Positions 34,091 to 44,996 of a stretch of DNA of 64,000 bases are shown in pieces. The notes under the pieces are model-generated. The model made no database searches. It was not told the origin of the DNA and was given only the letters and a program-made list of their open reading frames with translations. The first letter of the stretch is position 1, and every line of letters starts with the position of its first letter. The DNA lies in contig CAWCNI010000004.1 of NCBI GenBank assembly GCA_963796915.1, positions 2,758 through 66,757 on the forward strand, read 5' to 3'. The translations under genes and the position numbers were made by a program. Origin of the DNA: Vicinamibacteria bacterium. GTDB taxonomy: Bacteria; Acidobacteriota; Vicinamibacteria; Vicinamibacterales; JAENWD01.

Positions 34091-35284
34091 GTGACGCGCC
34101 GCACGAACATCGCCCTCCTGTTGCTCGCTCTGCTGGCCCTTGGTGCGTCCACTGCCGCGTCGGTCGTTCATTACCACCTGCTGACCGATCGCAGCTATCA
34201 CAGCGTCTGCGACATCAACGCCACCTGGAACTGCTCACAGGTCTACGAGAGCCGGTTCGGTGCGTTCCGTGGCATTCCCGTCGCCATTGGCGGCGTGGTG
34301 TGGTCGGCGGCAGTGACGATGCTGGCCGGCGCGTATCTGTGGCTGACGCGACGCAGCGCCACGGCAGCCGCAGCGAGCCTCCCCGGGTACATCTTCATCC
34401 TCGCGGTGGCCGGACTGTCGGTCACCTTGTATCTCGCGTATGCGTCGCTCTTCGTCCTCAAGACCTATTGCGTGTTCTGTCTTCTCACTTATCTCGCCGT
34501 GGCCGGCATCTTCCTGGTGTCCGGCGCGGCCGCGGATGGATCCATGACCGATCTGCCTCGCCGAATGTTGCGGGACCTCAAGCTCCTCCTGTCCTCGCCC
34601 GTGGGTGTCAGTGTTTCCGTCGTGTTCCTCGCCGGCGCCGTGGCGCTGGTGGCCCTGTTCCCGCGCCAGGTCGACGCGACGACGCCGGGTGCGGCGCCGG
34701 CGCCGATCTCGGTGGAACAGCAAAGCGAGTTCGAGAAGTGGTACGAGGCCCTGCCGCGAACCATGCTCGCCGTGCCCACTGACGGCGCCAAGGTCCTGAT
34801 CGTCAAGTTCAACGACTATCAGTGCCCGCCGTGCCGGATGACGTACGAGCAATACAAGCCGATCATCGCGAAGTACCAGGGCATGTACCCGGGGAAGGTG
34901 AAGTTCGTGACCAAGGACTTCCCGCTCAATTCAGAGTGCAACTCGACTGTCACTGCCACCATGCACGCGTCCGCCTGCGACGCGGCCGTCGCCGTCCGCC
35001 TGGCGCGGGCCAAAGGCCACGCAGAGGCGATGGAAGAGTGGCTGTTCGCCAACCAGCCCCAGCTCACCCCCGACATGGTCAAACAGGCCGTCAAGAGCAT
35101 CGGCGGGGTGAACGATTTCGACGCCCAGTACGCCAAGACCCTGGACCTGGTCAAAGGCGACATCGCCATGGGGGCGGCCCTCCAGGTGCACTCCACGCCG
35201 ACTTTTTTCATCAACGGTGTAAGGATTCCCCCGGTTAAAGCCGAGTACTTTGATGCGGCGATTGCGTACGAATTGAAGCACTAG
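34091..35284 (+). CDS. VKOR-domain / DsbA-like thioredoxin fusion (disulfide-bond formation)
   Basis: The N-terminal half has 4-5 TM segments with VKOR-type cysteines (SVCDINATWNCSQV..., TYCVFCLLTY). The C-terminal half is thioredoxin-like with the active site YQCPPCR. Confidence 0.8.
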   Translation: MTRRTNIALLLLALLALGASTAASVVHYHLLTDRSYHSVCDINATWNCSQVYESRFGAFRGIPVAIGGVVWSAAVTMLAGAYLWLTRRSATAAAASLPGYIFILAVAGLSVTLYLAYASLFVLKTYCVFCLLTYLAVAGIFLVSGAAADGSMTDLPRRMLRDLKLLLSSPVGVSVSVVFLAGAVALVALFPRQVDATTPGAAPAPISVEQQSEFEKWYEALPRTMLAVPTDGAKVLIVKFNDYQCPPCRMTYEQYKPIIAKYQGMYPGKVKFVTKDFPLNSECNSTVTATMHASACDAAVAVRLARAKGHAEAMEEWLFANQPQLTPDMVKQAVKSIGGVNDFDAQYAKTLDLVKGDIAMGAALQVHSTPTFFINGVRIPPVKAEYFDAAIAYELKH

Positions 35285-35308
35285 GCAACCGCGTCGCCGC
35301 GACGCGCA

Positions 35309-36262
35309 ATGACACGTGCGATCGACATCGAAGGTCTGACGAAGGACTACAGCGTCGGCTTCTGGCGGCCGAGGCCGTACCGTGCCCTGGACGGGCTGAC
35401 CCTGGCTGTCGAGCCGGGCGAGATCTTCGGCTTCCTGGGCCCGAACGGCGCCGGCAAGACCACCACCCTGAAGCTGCTCATGCAGCTGGTGTTTCCGACA
35501 GCCGGCCGCGCCGAGATTCTCGGCCGGCCTGTCGGGGACCTGGCTGTCCGGCGCCGGATCGGCTACCTGCCGGAGAACCCGTACTTCTACGACAACCTCA
35601 CTGCCGAAGAGCTCCTCCAGTACTTCGGGTCGCTCTTCGGCTATTCAGCCGCCGAGCGCCGCACGCGCGCCACTCGATTGCTCGACCTCGTCGGCGTCGG
35701 CGCTGAGCGCCGCCTGCAGCTGCGCAAGTACTCGAAGGGCATGATTCAGCGCGTCGGCATCGCGCAGGCGCTGCTGAACGACCCGGAAGTCGTCTTCCTC
35801 GACGAGCCGATGTCGGGGCTCGACCCGCTCGGCCGCCGTGACGTCCGCGAGCTGATCCTGAAGTTGCGCGATGACGGCAGCACCGTCTTCTTCAGCTCGC
35901 ACATCCTGTCCGATGCCGAAACGCTTTGCACGCGCGCGGCCATCGTCGCCGGCGGACGGCTGGCCACCGTCGGTCCGCTCGGAGAGATGGCGGCCCGCGA
36001 GACGCGCGGCTGGGAAGTGGTCATGACCGGCGTTCCGGCCAAGACGCTCTCCCGGCTGCCGAACGGCGTCACCGCGCGATCGGTCGCAAGCGGGCGTCAC
36101 ACCTTCCAGCTTCCCCCGGAGGTGCGGCCGGAGCCGTTCGTCGCCGCGCTGGCGGCATCGGGCGCGCAGCTCGTATCGGTGACGACGCTGCACGCGACGC
36201 TCGAGGATGTGTTCGTGAAGTACGTCGCCGGCACCGCGTCGGCGCGCGAGGGCGCGCTGTGA
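35309..36262 (+). CDS. ABC transporter ATP-binding protein (ABC-2 type)
   Basis: Walker [11 protein letters not shown]-loop, signature YSKGMIQRV, and Walker [13 protein letters not shown]. Confidence 0.85.
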   Translation: MTRAIDIEGLTKDYSVGFWRPRPYRALDGLTLAVEPGEIFGFLGPNGAGKTTTLKLLMQLVFPTAGRAEILGRPVGDLAVRRRIGYLPENPYFYDNLTAEELLQYFGSLFGYSAAERRTRATRLLDLVGVGAERRLQLRKYSKGMIQRVGIAQALLNDPEVVFLDEPMSGLDPLGRRDVRELILKLRDDGSTVFFSSHILSDAETLCTRAAIVAGGRLATVGPLGEMAARETRGWEVVMTGVPAKTLSRLPNGVTARSVASGRHTFQLPPEVRPEPFVAALAASGAQLVSVTTLHATLEDVFVKYVAGTASAREGAL

Positions 36263-37071
36263 GCGTCCGCACGATTCGCCACATCGCGGTCGCGGTGTTT
36301 CGCGAGTCGGTCCGCGATCGCGTGCTCTACAACCTGGTCGGATTCGCGCTGCTCGTCATCGGCGTGTCCTTACTGGTCGGCCAGGTGACCGCCGGCCAGG
36401 ACATGAAGATCGTCAAGGACTTCGGTCTGGCGGCGATGGCAGTGTTCGGCTTGTTCATCGCCATCTTCATCGGCATCGGCCTGGTGTCGAAGGAAGTCGA
36501 GCGCCGCAGCGTCTACAGTCTCATCGCCAAGCCAGTCCGGCGGTCGGAGCTCGTCATCGGCAAGTACTGCGGTCTCGCCCTGACCATCGGCGTCAATCTC
36601 GCGGTGATGGTCGTTGTCTGGTATGCGGTGCTGGCCTTCATGTCTCACGGGGTCTCGCCGGAGATTCAGAAATCGTGGGACGCGCCGGCGACGGATCCGC
36701 GAATGCTGGTCGCTGTCGCGCTGATCTTCGAGCAGCTGTTGCTGGTCGTGGCGCTGGCGGTGTTCTTCTCGACCTTCTGCGGGCCGCTGTGGGCCGCGGT
36801 CTTCACGCTCGGCCTCTACGTCGCCGGGCATTTCTGCGGAGAGCTCCGCGGCTTCGACGTCGTCGTCGGCAACTCGCCGGTGCGCTATCTGGCGACGGGG
36901 CTGTCCTACATCCTGCCGAACATGGCGATGTTCGACGTCAAGGCCGCCGTCGTGCACGGACAGCTGGTGCCGGGCGGTTATGTGGCGACCGCGTCAGCGT
37001 ACGGGGCCTCGTTCGTGGTGGTCCTCGTCACCGCGGCGGTCTGGATCTTCTCGCGACGGGACTTCAAGTGA
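36259..37071 (+). CDS. ABC-2 type transporter permease
   Basis: The GTG start overlaps the ATPase stop (GTGA). It has 6 predicted TM segments: ..RDRVLYNLVGFALLVIGVSLLVG...SKEVERRSVYSLIAKPVRRSELVIGKY... Confidence 0.7.
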   Translation: MSVRTIRHIAVAVFRESVRDRVLYNLVGFALLVIGVSLLVGQVTAGQDMKIVKDFGLAAMAVFGLFIAIFIGIGLVSKEVERRSVYSLIAKPVRRSELVIGKYCGLALTIGVNLAVMVVVWYAVLAFMSHGVSPEIQKSWDAPATDPRMLVAVALIFEQLLLVVALAVFFSTFCGPLWAAVFTLGLYVAGHFCGELRGFDVVVGNSPVRYLATGLSYILPNMAMFDVKAAVVHGQLVPGGYVATASAYGASFVVVLVTAAVWIFSRRDFK

Positions 37072-38048
37072 CGCCGGTGCTCGTCGAAGGCGCCGGACGA
37101 CGTGTCGGCGGCGCGCTGGCACTGGTGCTGGTCGTCGCCGGCTTTGCCGCAGCAATTGCGCTCGACGTGGCGCGCGAGCGCTGGTACCCCACGGTGGCGT
37201 CGCCCACCCAGGAGCTGTACTTCACTCGCCCGGATCGCGTCGGTCAGATGGCCTTGTCGTTCAAGGCGATCCTGTCCGACGTGTACTGGATTCGCGCCGT
37301 GCAGTACTTCGGGCGCACCCGCATCGCCAACCGCGAGCATCCCGCGGAGGCCTCGGCGGCCACCCACGGCTACGACCTGCTCTATCCGCTGCTCGACGTC
37401 ACGACGACGCTGGATCCGTCGTTCAACATCGCCTACCGCTTCGGCGCGATCTTCCTGACCGAGGAATACCCCAACGGCCCCGGGAAGCCGGATCAGGCCA
37501 TTCGGCTGCTGGACAAGGGGTTCGCGCAGAACCCGGAGAAATGGCAGTACCTGTACGACAAAGCCTTTCTCTACTACTGGTCGCTCAAGAACTACCCGGA
37601 GGCCGCGCGCTGGTTTGCCGAGGCGGGCAAGATCAAGGGGTCTCCCGACTGGCTGCCCGGCCTGGCGGCCTACATGCTCGCGCACGGCAACGATCGGCGC
37701 AGCTCGCGCATGCTCTGGCAGCAGATCCATGACACGGCGGAGCAGCAGTACATCAAGGACAGCGCGACGTTCCACCTCCACCAGCTCGATCTCGCAGACG
37801 TGGCGGATCAATTGACGGTCCTGCTCGAGCGCTTTCAGCAGCGCACCGGACGTGCGGCATCGAGCTTCGAGCCGCTCGTCACTGCCGGATGGCTCAAGGG
37901 TGTGCCGACCGATCCTGACGGCGTGCCGTTTGTCGTCGATCCAATCACCGGCCGTGTCACCCTCGACCGCCGCTCGCGCTACGCGCCGTTGCCGCAGGAC
38001 GACATCCCCGTGGCGTCCGCGCCGCAGACGGGGCTGTCACGGCCATGA
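37068..38048 (+). CDS. membrane-anchored helical-repeat (TPR-like) protein of unknown function
   Basis: The GTG start overlaps the permease stop. An N-terminal TM segment (GGALALVLVVAGFAAAIAL) is followed by helical repeats (..DVYWIRAVQYFG.., ..DKAFLYYWSLKNYPEAARWFAEAG..). It is translationally coupled to pilD (ATGA at 38045). Confidence 0.5.
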   Translation: MTPVLVEGAGRRVGGALALVLVVAGFAAAIALDVARERWYPTVASPTQELYFTRPDRVGQMALSFKAILSDVYWIRAVQYFGRTRIANREHPAEASAATHGYDLLYPLLDVTTTLDPSFNIAYRFGAIFLTEEYPNGPGKPDQAIRLLDKGFAQNPEKWQYLYDKAFLYYWSLKNYPEAARWFAEAGKIKGSPDWLPGLAAYMLAHGNDRRSSRMLWQQIHDTAEQQYIKDSATFHLHQLDLADVADQLTVLLERFQQRTGRAASSFEPLVTAGWLKGVPTDPDGVPFVVDPITGRVTLDRRSRYAPLPQDDIPVASAPQTGLSRP

Positions 38049-38818
38049 CCGACACCATCTTCGTGATCGGCGTCGGCGTGATCGGGCTGCTGATCGGCTC
38101 GTTCCTGAACGTCTGCATCTATCGCCTGCCGAAGGGCGAGACGGTGTTGTGGGGACGGAGCCACTGCCAGGGCTGCGGCCGGCAGATTCGTGCCTGGGAA
38201 AACATCCCGGTTTTCAGCTGGCTGCTGCTGCGCGGCCGGTGCTCGGGATGCCGCGCGCCGATCGCAGTCCAATACCCGATCGTCGAGCTGGTGACCGGCT
38301 TGATTTTCGCCGGGCTTGCCTGGCAGTTCGGCCCGACGCTGCTGCTCGTGTCGCGCCTGATCTTTGCGGCGGCGATGATCGTGCTGTTCACCGTCGACCT
38401 CAACGAGCGGATCCTGCCCAACGCCATCACGCTGCCGGGCATCGCCGTGGGCCTCGGCTTCAGCCTGTTCCTGCCGCCGGGCCTGCGCGACGCGATCATC
38501 GGCGCCGTTGCCTGCAGCCTCGTGCTATGGGGGGTGGGCGAGGCGATGACGCGCGTCCTCGGCAAGGAGGCGCTCGGGTTCGGCGACGTGAAGATGATGG
38601 CGATGATGGGCGCCTTCCTCGGCTGGCAGCTCACCATCGTCGCGCTCCTTCTCGCGTCTGTCCTGGGCAGCATCGGCGGCGTGACGCTGGTCGCGGTGAC
38701 GGGCAATCGCAACTATCTGATTCCGCTCGGATCCTTCCTGGCGATCGGTGCGCTGGCCGCTGTCGCGGTGGGCGACCCGCTGATCGCGTGGTACGTGGGA
38801 CGGCTGCTGACGCCGTAG
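38045..38818 (+). CDS. pilD: prepilin peptidase / N-methyltransferase PilD (A24 family)
   Basis: LIGSFLNVCIYRLP...CQGCGRQIRAWENIPVFSWLLLRGRCSGCRAPI...GFGDVKMMAMMGAFLGW. Confidence 0.9.
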   Translation: MTDTIFVIGVGVIGLLIGSFLNVCIYRLPKGETVLWGRSHCQGCGRQIRAWENIPVFSWLLLRGRCSGCRAPIAVQYPIVELVTGLIFAGLAWQFGPTLLLVSRLIFAAAMIVLFTVDLNERILPNAITLPGIAVGLGFSLFLPPGLRDAIIGAVACSLVLWGVGEAMTRVLGKEALGFGDVKMMAMMGAFLGWQLTIVALLLASVLGSIGGVTLVAVTGNRNYLIPLGSFLAIGALAAVAVGDPLIAWYVGRLLTP

Positions 38819-38822
38819 CGCT

Positions 38823-40088
38823 ATGAACCAGCAGGGGTATCTTCTCGCCGGCATCGCGACGCTCATGGCGGCCCTGGTCGTCGTGCTGGTGTTTGCCCTG
38901 GTGCGCTTCGTGGCGGCGGCGCGTGAGACGCGGCGGAGTCTCAGCGAGCGGGGTATGGAGACGGCGCTGCTCTCGGCAGCGCTGGAAGACGCCATCAGCC
39001 GTCTCAAGGCGCAGGAGCGCGCGATGGCGGCGCGAGCCGAGGCGTCAGAGCAGCTGAGCGATCAGATCATCGCCAGCAGCACCGCCGGTCTGCTGGTAGT
39101 CGACCTCGGCGGCCGGTTGCGTGTCGTCAACCCGGCGGCCAGACGGCTGCTGGGACTCGGATACGGTCCGCTGGCACATCCGGTTGCGGAAGTGCTGGGC
39201 GAAGACTCGCCGATCGCGTGCGCGATCGAGGACTGCCTGCGCACCGGGCAGCCGATCGTCGGGCGGTCGCTCGATGTGGCAGCCGCAGGCCGGACGGCAA
39301 CGCATGTCAGCGCAACGGTCTCCCGACTGATCGACCAGCGCGATGCGACCACTGGCGTCATCTGCCTGCTCACCGACCTCACGCAGATCATCGACCTCGA
39401 GGAGCAGCTGCGACTGAAAGAGACGCTCGCCAGGCTGGGCGAGCTCACCGCGGGGCTGGCGCACGAGTTCCGAAACGGGCTCGCGACCATTCACGGGTAC
39501 GCGCGCCTGATCGATCTCCAGGCGATGGCGCCGAGTCAGCAGACCTACCTCGCAGGCATTCGCGAAGAGACCGACGAGCTCGGCAAGATCGTCACGAACT
39601 TCCTGAATTTCGCGCGTCCCACGCAGCTGGCGCTGGCGTCGGTCTCCGTCGAGCAACTGGCCGAGCGCGTCGCTGACGAAGTGCGTGGCGAGGCGGAGCG
39701 CCTCGGCGGATCCGTCACCGTCACTGGGACATGGGCCCTCGTGGACGGCGACGAAGTCCTGCTCCGTCAGGCCCTGAGCAACCTGGCCCGCAACGCGCTC
39801 GAAGCCTGCGCCAACGCCGGCATCGCGCCCGAGATCGCGATTGGCAGCCATGCCGACGGGAGGACCCGTACGCTGCGGCTGCACGTCACAGACAACGGGC
39901 CAGGCATCGAGCCGTCGCACCGCGAGCGCGTGTTCAGGCCGTTCTTCACCACCAAGCAGCGCGGCACCGGCCTTGGCCTGGCGCTCGTGCAGAAGATCAT
40001 CGTGACGCACAACGGCCGCGTGCAGGCGCTGGCTGGCCCCGAGGCGCGCGGCACGACGATGCTGGTGACGCTGCCGCTGTCGGCGTAG
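38823..40088 (+). CDS. sensor histidine kinase (PAS-HisKA-HATPase_c), second kinase of the pilus cluster
   Basis: It has an N-terminal TM segment, a PAS-like region, the H-box LGELTAGLAHEFRNGLATIHGYARL, an N-box, and G-boxes (DNGPGI, GTGLGLA). Confidence 0.8.
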   Translation: MNQQGYLLAGIATLMAALVVVLVFALVRFVAAARETRRSLSERGMETALLSAALEDAISRLKAQERAMAARAEASEQLSDQIIASSTAGLLVVDLGGRLRVVNPAARRLLGLGYGPLAHPVAEVLGEDSPIACAIEDCLRTGQPIVGRSLDVAAAGRTATHVSATVSRLIDQRDATTGVICLLTDLTQIIDLEEQLRLKETLARLGELTAGLAHEFRNGLATIHGYARLIDLQAMAPSQQTYLAGIREETDELGKIVTNFLNFARPTQLALASVSVEQLAERVADEVRGEAERLGGSVTVTGTWALVDGDEVLLRQALSNLARNALEACANAGIAPEIAIGSHADGRTRTLRLHVTDNGPGIEPSHRERVFRPFFTTKQRGTGLGLALVQKIIVTHNGRVQALAGPEARGTTMLVTLPLSA

Positions 40089-40285
40089 CGCACCGTCTCT
40101 CAGAGCATCGCCTCCCAGAACGCGGGAGGCGCGTCGCTGTGCGTACGCGATTTCTGACAGCTCCTCGCTGCGCGGTCCAGCAGCGGCTGCCAACAGCGGT
40201 CGCCTCCAAATCATCACAATCCGGAAATCATTGAAGAATCCTGGTGCCGCGCGCCTCGGCGCGGCCGTTGCTGTGACAACACGGC

Positions 40286-40879
40286 ATGCGCCGACACCGG
40301 ATTGCTTCATGGGCCGACGAGCAGGGGTTCTCACTGCTCGAAGTTCTCGTGGCGGCGGGGCTGTTCACGGTGGGCCTCGTCGCGCTGGCGGAGTTGTGCG
40401 CCATGGCGTCGCGCGCGGCGCGGGTGGCGCGCACCAACACATTCGCCGCGGTGCTCGCCGCGCAGCGGATGGAGGACCTCCGCGGTCTCGCCTGGGGCTA
40501 CGACGCTGACGGCGTCGCCGTCGCCGACACGACGACGAACCTGGCCGCTCGCGACCAGCCTGGGTGTCCGTCGACGTCCGCAGGCGGTGGAACCGGGCTG
40601 TCGTTCTCTCCAGGCGGCGCTCTACGCGCGGATCTCGCTGGCTGGGTGGACTATCTCGACGCCTCGGGCTGCGTCGTCGACGGTCCAGACGCAGCGACGG
40701 GCGCGGCGTATGTGCGGCGCTGGGCTGTCGATCCGTTGCCGTCGAACCCCGAGGACGGCCTGGTGTTGCGCGTGATGGTGGCCGCACGTCAGCCGGGTCG
40801 CCGACCCGACGGAGCTGACGGCGCCAGCATGCCGGGATATGCCCGCCTGCTCAGCGTGCGGGTGCGGAGGCGGCCATGA
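40286..40879 (+). CDS. PilV-like minor pilin (prepilin-type N-terminal domain)
   Basis: ..ADEQG/FSLLEVLVAAGLFTVGLVALAELCAMASRAA matches the prepilin cleavage/methylation motif. Confidence 0.65.
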   Translation: MRRHRIASWADEQGFSLLEVLVAAGLFTVGLVALAELCAMASRAARVARTNTFAAVLAAQRMEDLRGLAWGYDADGVAVADTTTNLAARDQPGCPSTSAGGGTGLSFSPGGALRADLAGWVDYLDASGCVVDGPDAATGAAYVRRWAVDPLPSNPEDGLVLRVMVAARQPGRRPDGADGASMPGYARLLSVRVRRRP

Positions 40880-40894
40880 CAATCGTCGTCGGCG

Positions 40895-42106
40895 CTGCCG
40901 GAGAACGAGCGAGGGTTCTCGCTCCTCGAATTGCTGGTGGCGCTTGCCGTCACGATGACGCTTGCCGCGGGCGTGCTGGACGTCCTGCGACCGTTGCTCG
41001 CGCAATTCCACGCGGAGCCGGAAGCCATCGACAGGCAGCAGCGCCTCCGCATCGCGTGCGAGCTGCTGGCCAGAGATCTGGCAATGGCCGGCGCGGGCAT
41101 GTACTCCGGCGAGTCCCCCGCAGGCCTGGATGCATACATGCCGGCGGTCCTGCCGCGTCGCGTTGGCCGCGCGTCGCCAGATCTCGCCGGGACATTCCAC
41201 GCCAGCGCCCGGTGTCCGTCGCGATGCGCGTCGGCGGTCACCATCACCTACGTCCCTCCGACTGCCGCGCAGACGACCATCGAGAGCGCGCTGCCAGCGG
41301 GCGACGCTGACACGACAGTCGCTGCGCGCCCGGGATGCCCCGCCGGCGCAGCTGCCTGCGGCTTCGCCGTCGGGACACGGGTGGCGGTCCTCGATCAGGA
41401 CCAGGGCGCCGACGTCTACACCGTCACGAGGCTTGCCGGATCGTCAGTCCATCTCGAGGCCCGTGACGCGGGCGCTCGCGCGCACGCGGCAGGACTCTGG
41501 ATCACCGAAGTGATCTCCCATACCTACTACCTCGAAGACGACGGTGCGGCGACGTTCAGGCTGCGGCAGTTCGATGGCTATCGATCCGATCTGCCGCTCG
41601 TCGACGACGTGGTGGACTTCGGGGTGGAGCTGCTGGGCGATCCGTTGCGGCCGCAGTTGCTGCGGCCGGCCAGCGCGACAGAGCCGTCCGCGGTCACCTA
41701 CGGGCCACCGCCACCTCGCCTCGACGTCGGTGTTCCGCCCTGGCCCCCGGGCGAGAACTGCGTCTTCACCGTCGACGCTGATGGACACCAGGTATCGCGT
41801 GCCGATCTGGCACCGGAGGGCATAGCGATCGGATCGTTCGTGCCGTTGCCGGCGGCGAACCTCGTGGATGGTCCCTGGTGTCCAGCGGGAGCGGCCGGCG
41901 GAAACCGCTACGACGCCGACCTGCTGCGCGTGCGACAGATCAGGGTGACGCTCCGGGTGCAGGCCGCCGCGGCAGTATTCAGGGGCCCTGCGGGTCCGCT
42001 CTTTCTGCACGCCGGCAGTGCCCGGGCCGGCGATCGCTACGTGCCGGATCTGGAAGTGCGCTTCGATGTGACGCCTCGCAACCTCAATCGCGGGACTCTA
42101 CGATGA
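40895..42106 (+). CDS. PilW-like minor pilin; start codon unclear
   Basis: ..ENERG/FSLLELLVALAVTMTLAAGVLDVLRPLLAQFHAEPEAIDRQQRLRIACELLARDLAMAGAG. The only coupled ATG (40876, ATGA with the upstream stop) is in a different frame. The in-frame options are CTG 40895 or TTG 40931. Confidence 0.55.
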   Translation: MPENERGFSLLELLVALAVTMTLAAGVLDVLRPLLAQFHAEPEAIDRQQRLRIACELLARDLAMAGAGMYSGESPAGLDAYMPAVLPRRVGRASPDLAGTFHASARCPSRCASAVTITYVPPTAAQTTIESALPAGDADTTVAARPGCPAGAAACGFAVGTRVAVLDQDQGADVYTVTRLAGSSVHLEARDAGARAHAAGLWITEVISHTYYLEDDGAATFRLRQFDGYRSDLPLVDDVVDFGVELLGDPLRPQLLRPASATEPSAVTYGPPPPRLDVGVPPWPPGENCVFTVDADGHQVSRADLAPEGIAIGSFVPLPAANLVDGPWCPAGAAGGNRYDADLLRVRQIRVTLRVQAAAAVFRGPAGPLFLHAGSARAGDRYVPDLEVRFDVTPRNLNRGTLR

Positions 42107-42825
42107 CCATCAGGAGCGAGTCGGGTGCCGCGTTGCTGTTGGTGATGCTTGCGCTCGTGTTGTGCAGCACCCTTTCGGCAGCCCTGCTCCTGTCGGCCGA
42201 GACCGAAGTGGCGATCGCCGCGAATCATCGCGACGGCCTCGCGGCTCGCTATGCCGCCGAGGCTGTGGTCGACGCGGCGATCGGCGAGGTGGCGGCCACA
42301 GCCGACTGGAACGCGTTACTCGCGTCGGCCGATGGCGTGGCCGTGACCATCCCCGCCAGCTTTCACGGCGGGCCGCCCGGGCCGGTGGTGCTCTCCGACA
42401 ACCGGACCGTCGATCTGCGGCGCTCCACGTTTCTGTTGAACTGTCAGCGCGCCGCGCCCTGCTCGGCCGGTCAGATGGACGCCGCGACGGCCGGCCGGCC
42501 GTGGGGCCGGAACAACCCGAGGTTTCACGTCTTTGCGTGGGGCTGGCTGCGGGACCTCGCGGGCGCCGACACGGGGAACAGCGGCTGGTACGTAGGCCTG
42601 TGGATTGCAGACGACCAGGCAGAGAACGACGAGGATCCGAGTCGGGACGGCGGACCGCCGGTGGATGGCTCGAGCCTGAATCCCGGTGCTGGCGCGCTCA
42701 CACTGCACGGCGAGGCGTTCGGGCCGAACGGGGCGCACCACGAAATCGACGTCACTCTCGCACGTCCGGCGGCCGACGATTTTGTGCGCCGCGTACGAAT
42801 TCTGTCATGGCGGGACGTGCCATGA
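42103..42825 (+). CDS. PilX-like minor pilin / pilus assembly protein
   Basis: The start is ATGA-coupled. MTIRSESGAALLLVMLALVLCSTLSAALLLSAETEVAIAANHRD matches the PilX N-terminal domain pattern. Confidence 0.55.
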   Translation: MTIRSESGAALLLVMLALVLCSTLSAALLLSAETEVAIAANHRDGLAARYAAEAVVDAAIGEVAATADWNALLASADGVAVTIPASFHGGPPGPVVLSDNRTVDLRRSTFLLNCQRAAPCSAGQMDAATAGRPWGRNNPRFHVFAWGWLRDLAGADTGNSGWYVGLWIADDQAENDEDPSRDGGPPVDGSSLNPGAGALTLHGEAFGPNGAHHEIDVTLARPAADDFVRRVRILSWRDVP

Positions 42826-42922
42826 CACCGTCGCGATGGCGGATCGACGGACAAGAGACCCGGAGGCGCCGTCCATGTGCGTGATTAAGGTCGGCGGGCC
42901 GAACAGCCGAAACAACCGTGAG

Positions 42923-43495
42923 ATGGAGAAGCGTATGCCGCGGCTACTGATCGCCTTCACACTGCTGCTCACGATGGCGGGGACGGCCCATGCGCAGTCG
43001 CTGGCTGCCGTCGCGCGCAAGGAAGAAGCGCGTCGGAAAGACATCGCGAAGCCGAGTCGCGTCCTGACCAACAAGGACCTGAAGGCGGCCCCGATGCCGG
43101 CCTCGCCGCCGTCGGCTGGCGCCGACACGCAGCAGGCTGCGCCGCCCGCCGAAGACACGGGCCCGAAGACTGACGAAGATCGCACGCCGGAAACACCGGC
43201 GGCGGGCGACGCCGGCGACGAGCAGGCCTGGCGCAGGAAGATGGCCGACGCGCGGACGACGCTCGATCGCAGCCAGAGCTACATGGACGCGCTCCAGAGC
43301 AAGATCAACGGGCTCTGGGCCGAGTTCACCTCGCGCGACGATCCGGCGCAGCGCGCGCTGATCGACGCCGAACGGAAGAAGGCGCTGGCCGAGCTCGATC
43401 GCGTAAAGGGCGACGTCGAGCTCCAGAAGAAGGCGATTGCCGACCTCGAGGAGCAGGCGCGCCGGTCGAATGTGCCGGCCGGGTGGCTTCGCTAA
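42923..43495 (+). CDS. secreted coiled-coil protein of unknown function
   Basis: A signal peptide (MEKRMPRLLIAFTLLLTMAGTAHA) is followed by a Pro/Ala/Asp-rich linker. Heptad-like helices then follow (..LDRSQSYMDALQSKINGLWAEF...AELDRVKGDVELQKKAIADLEEQ). Confidence 0.5.
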   Translation: MEKRMPRLLIAFTLLLTMAGTAHAQSLAAVARKEEARRKDIAKPSRVLTNKDLKAAPMPASPPSAGADTQQAAPPAEDTGPKTDEDRTPETPAAGDAGDEQAWRRKMADARTTLDRSQSYMDALQSKINGLWAEFTSRDDPAQRALIDAERKKALAELDRVKGDVELQKKAIADLEEQARRSNVPAGWLR

Positions 43496-43549
43496 AAGGC
43501 GTCCCGCCACTCTGCCACCCAGATAGCTGACCTTCCTTACGGATCGCCG

Positions 43550-44953
<1,404 letters not shown>

Positions 44954-44996
44954 TCACGCGCCGGCATCCGGCGCCTCTGCACCCGGAGACAGGCCG

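Noticed and set aside
44958-44974. Bidirectional terminator hairpin gcgccgg-cat-ccggcgc between the convergent sigma54 activator gene and aroB
   Set aside because: It has a 7-bp stem with a 3-nt loop and no T/A tracts on either side. That is too weak to call a terminator without experimental or computational scoring.
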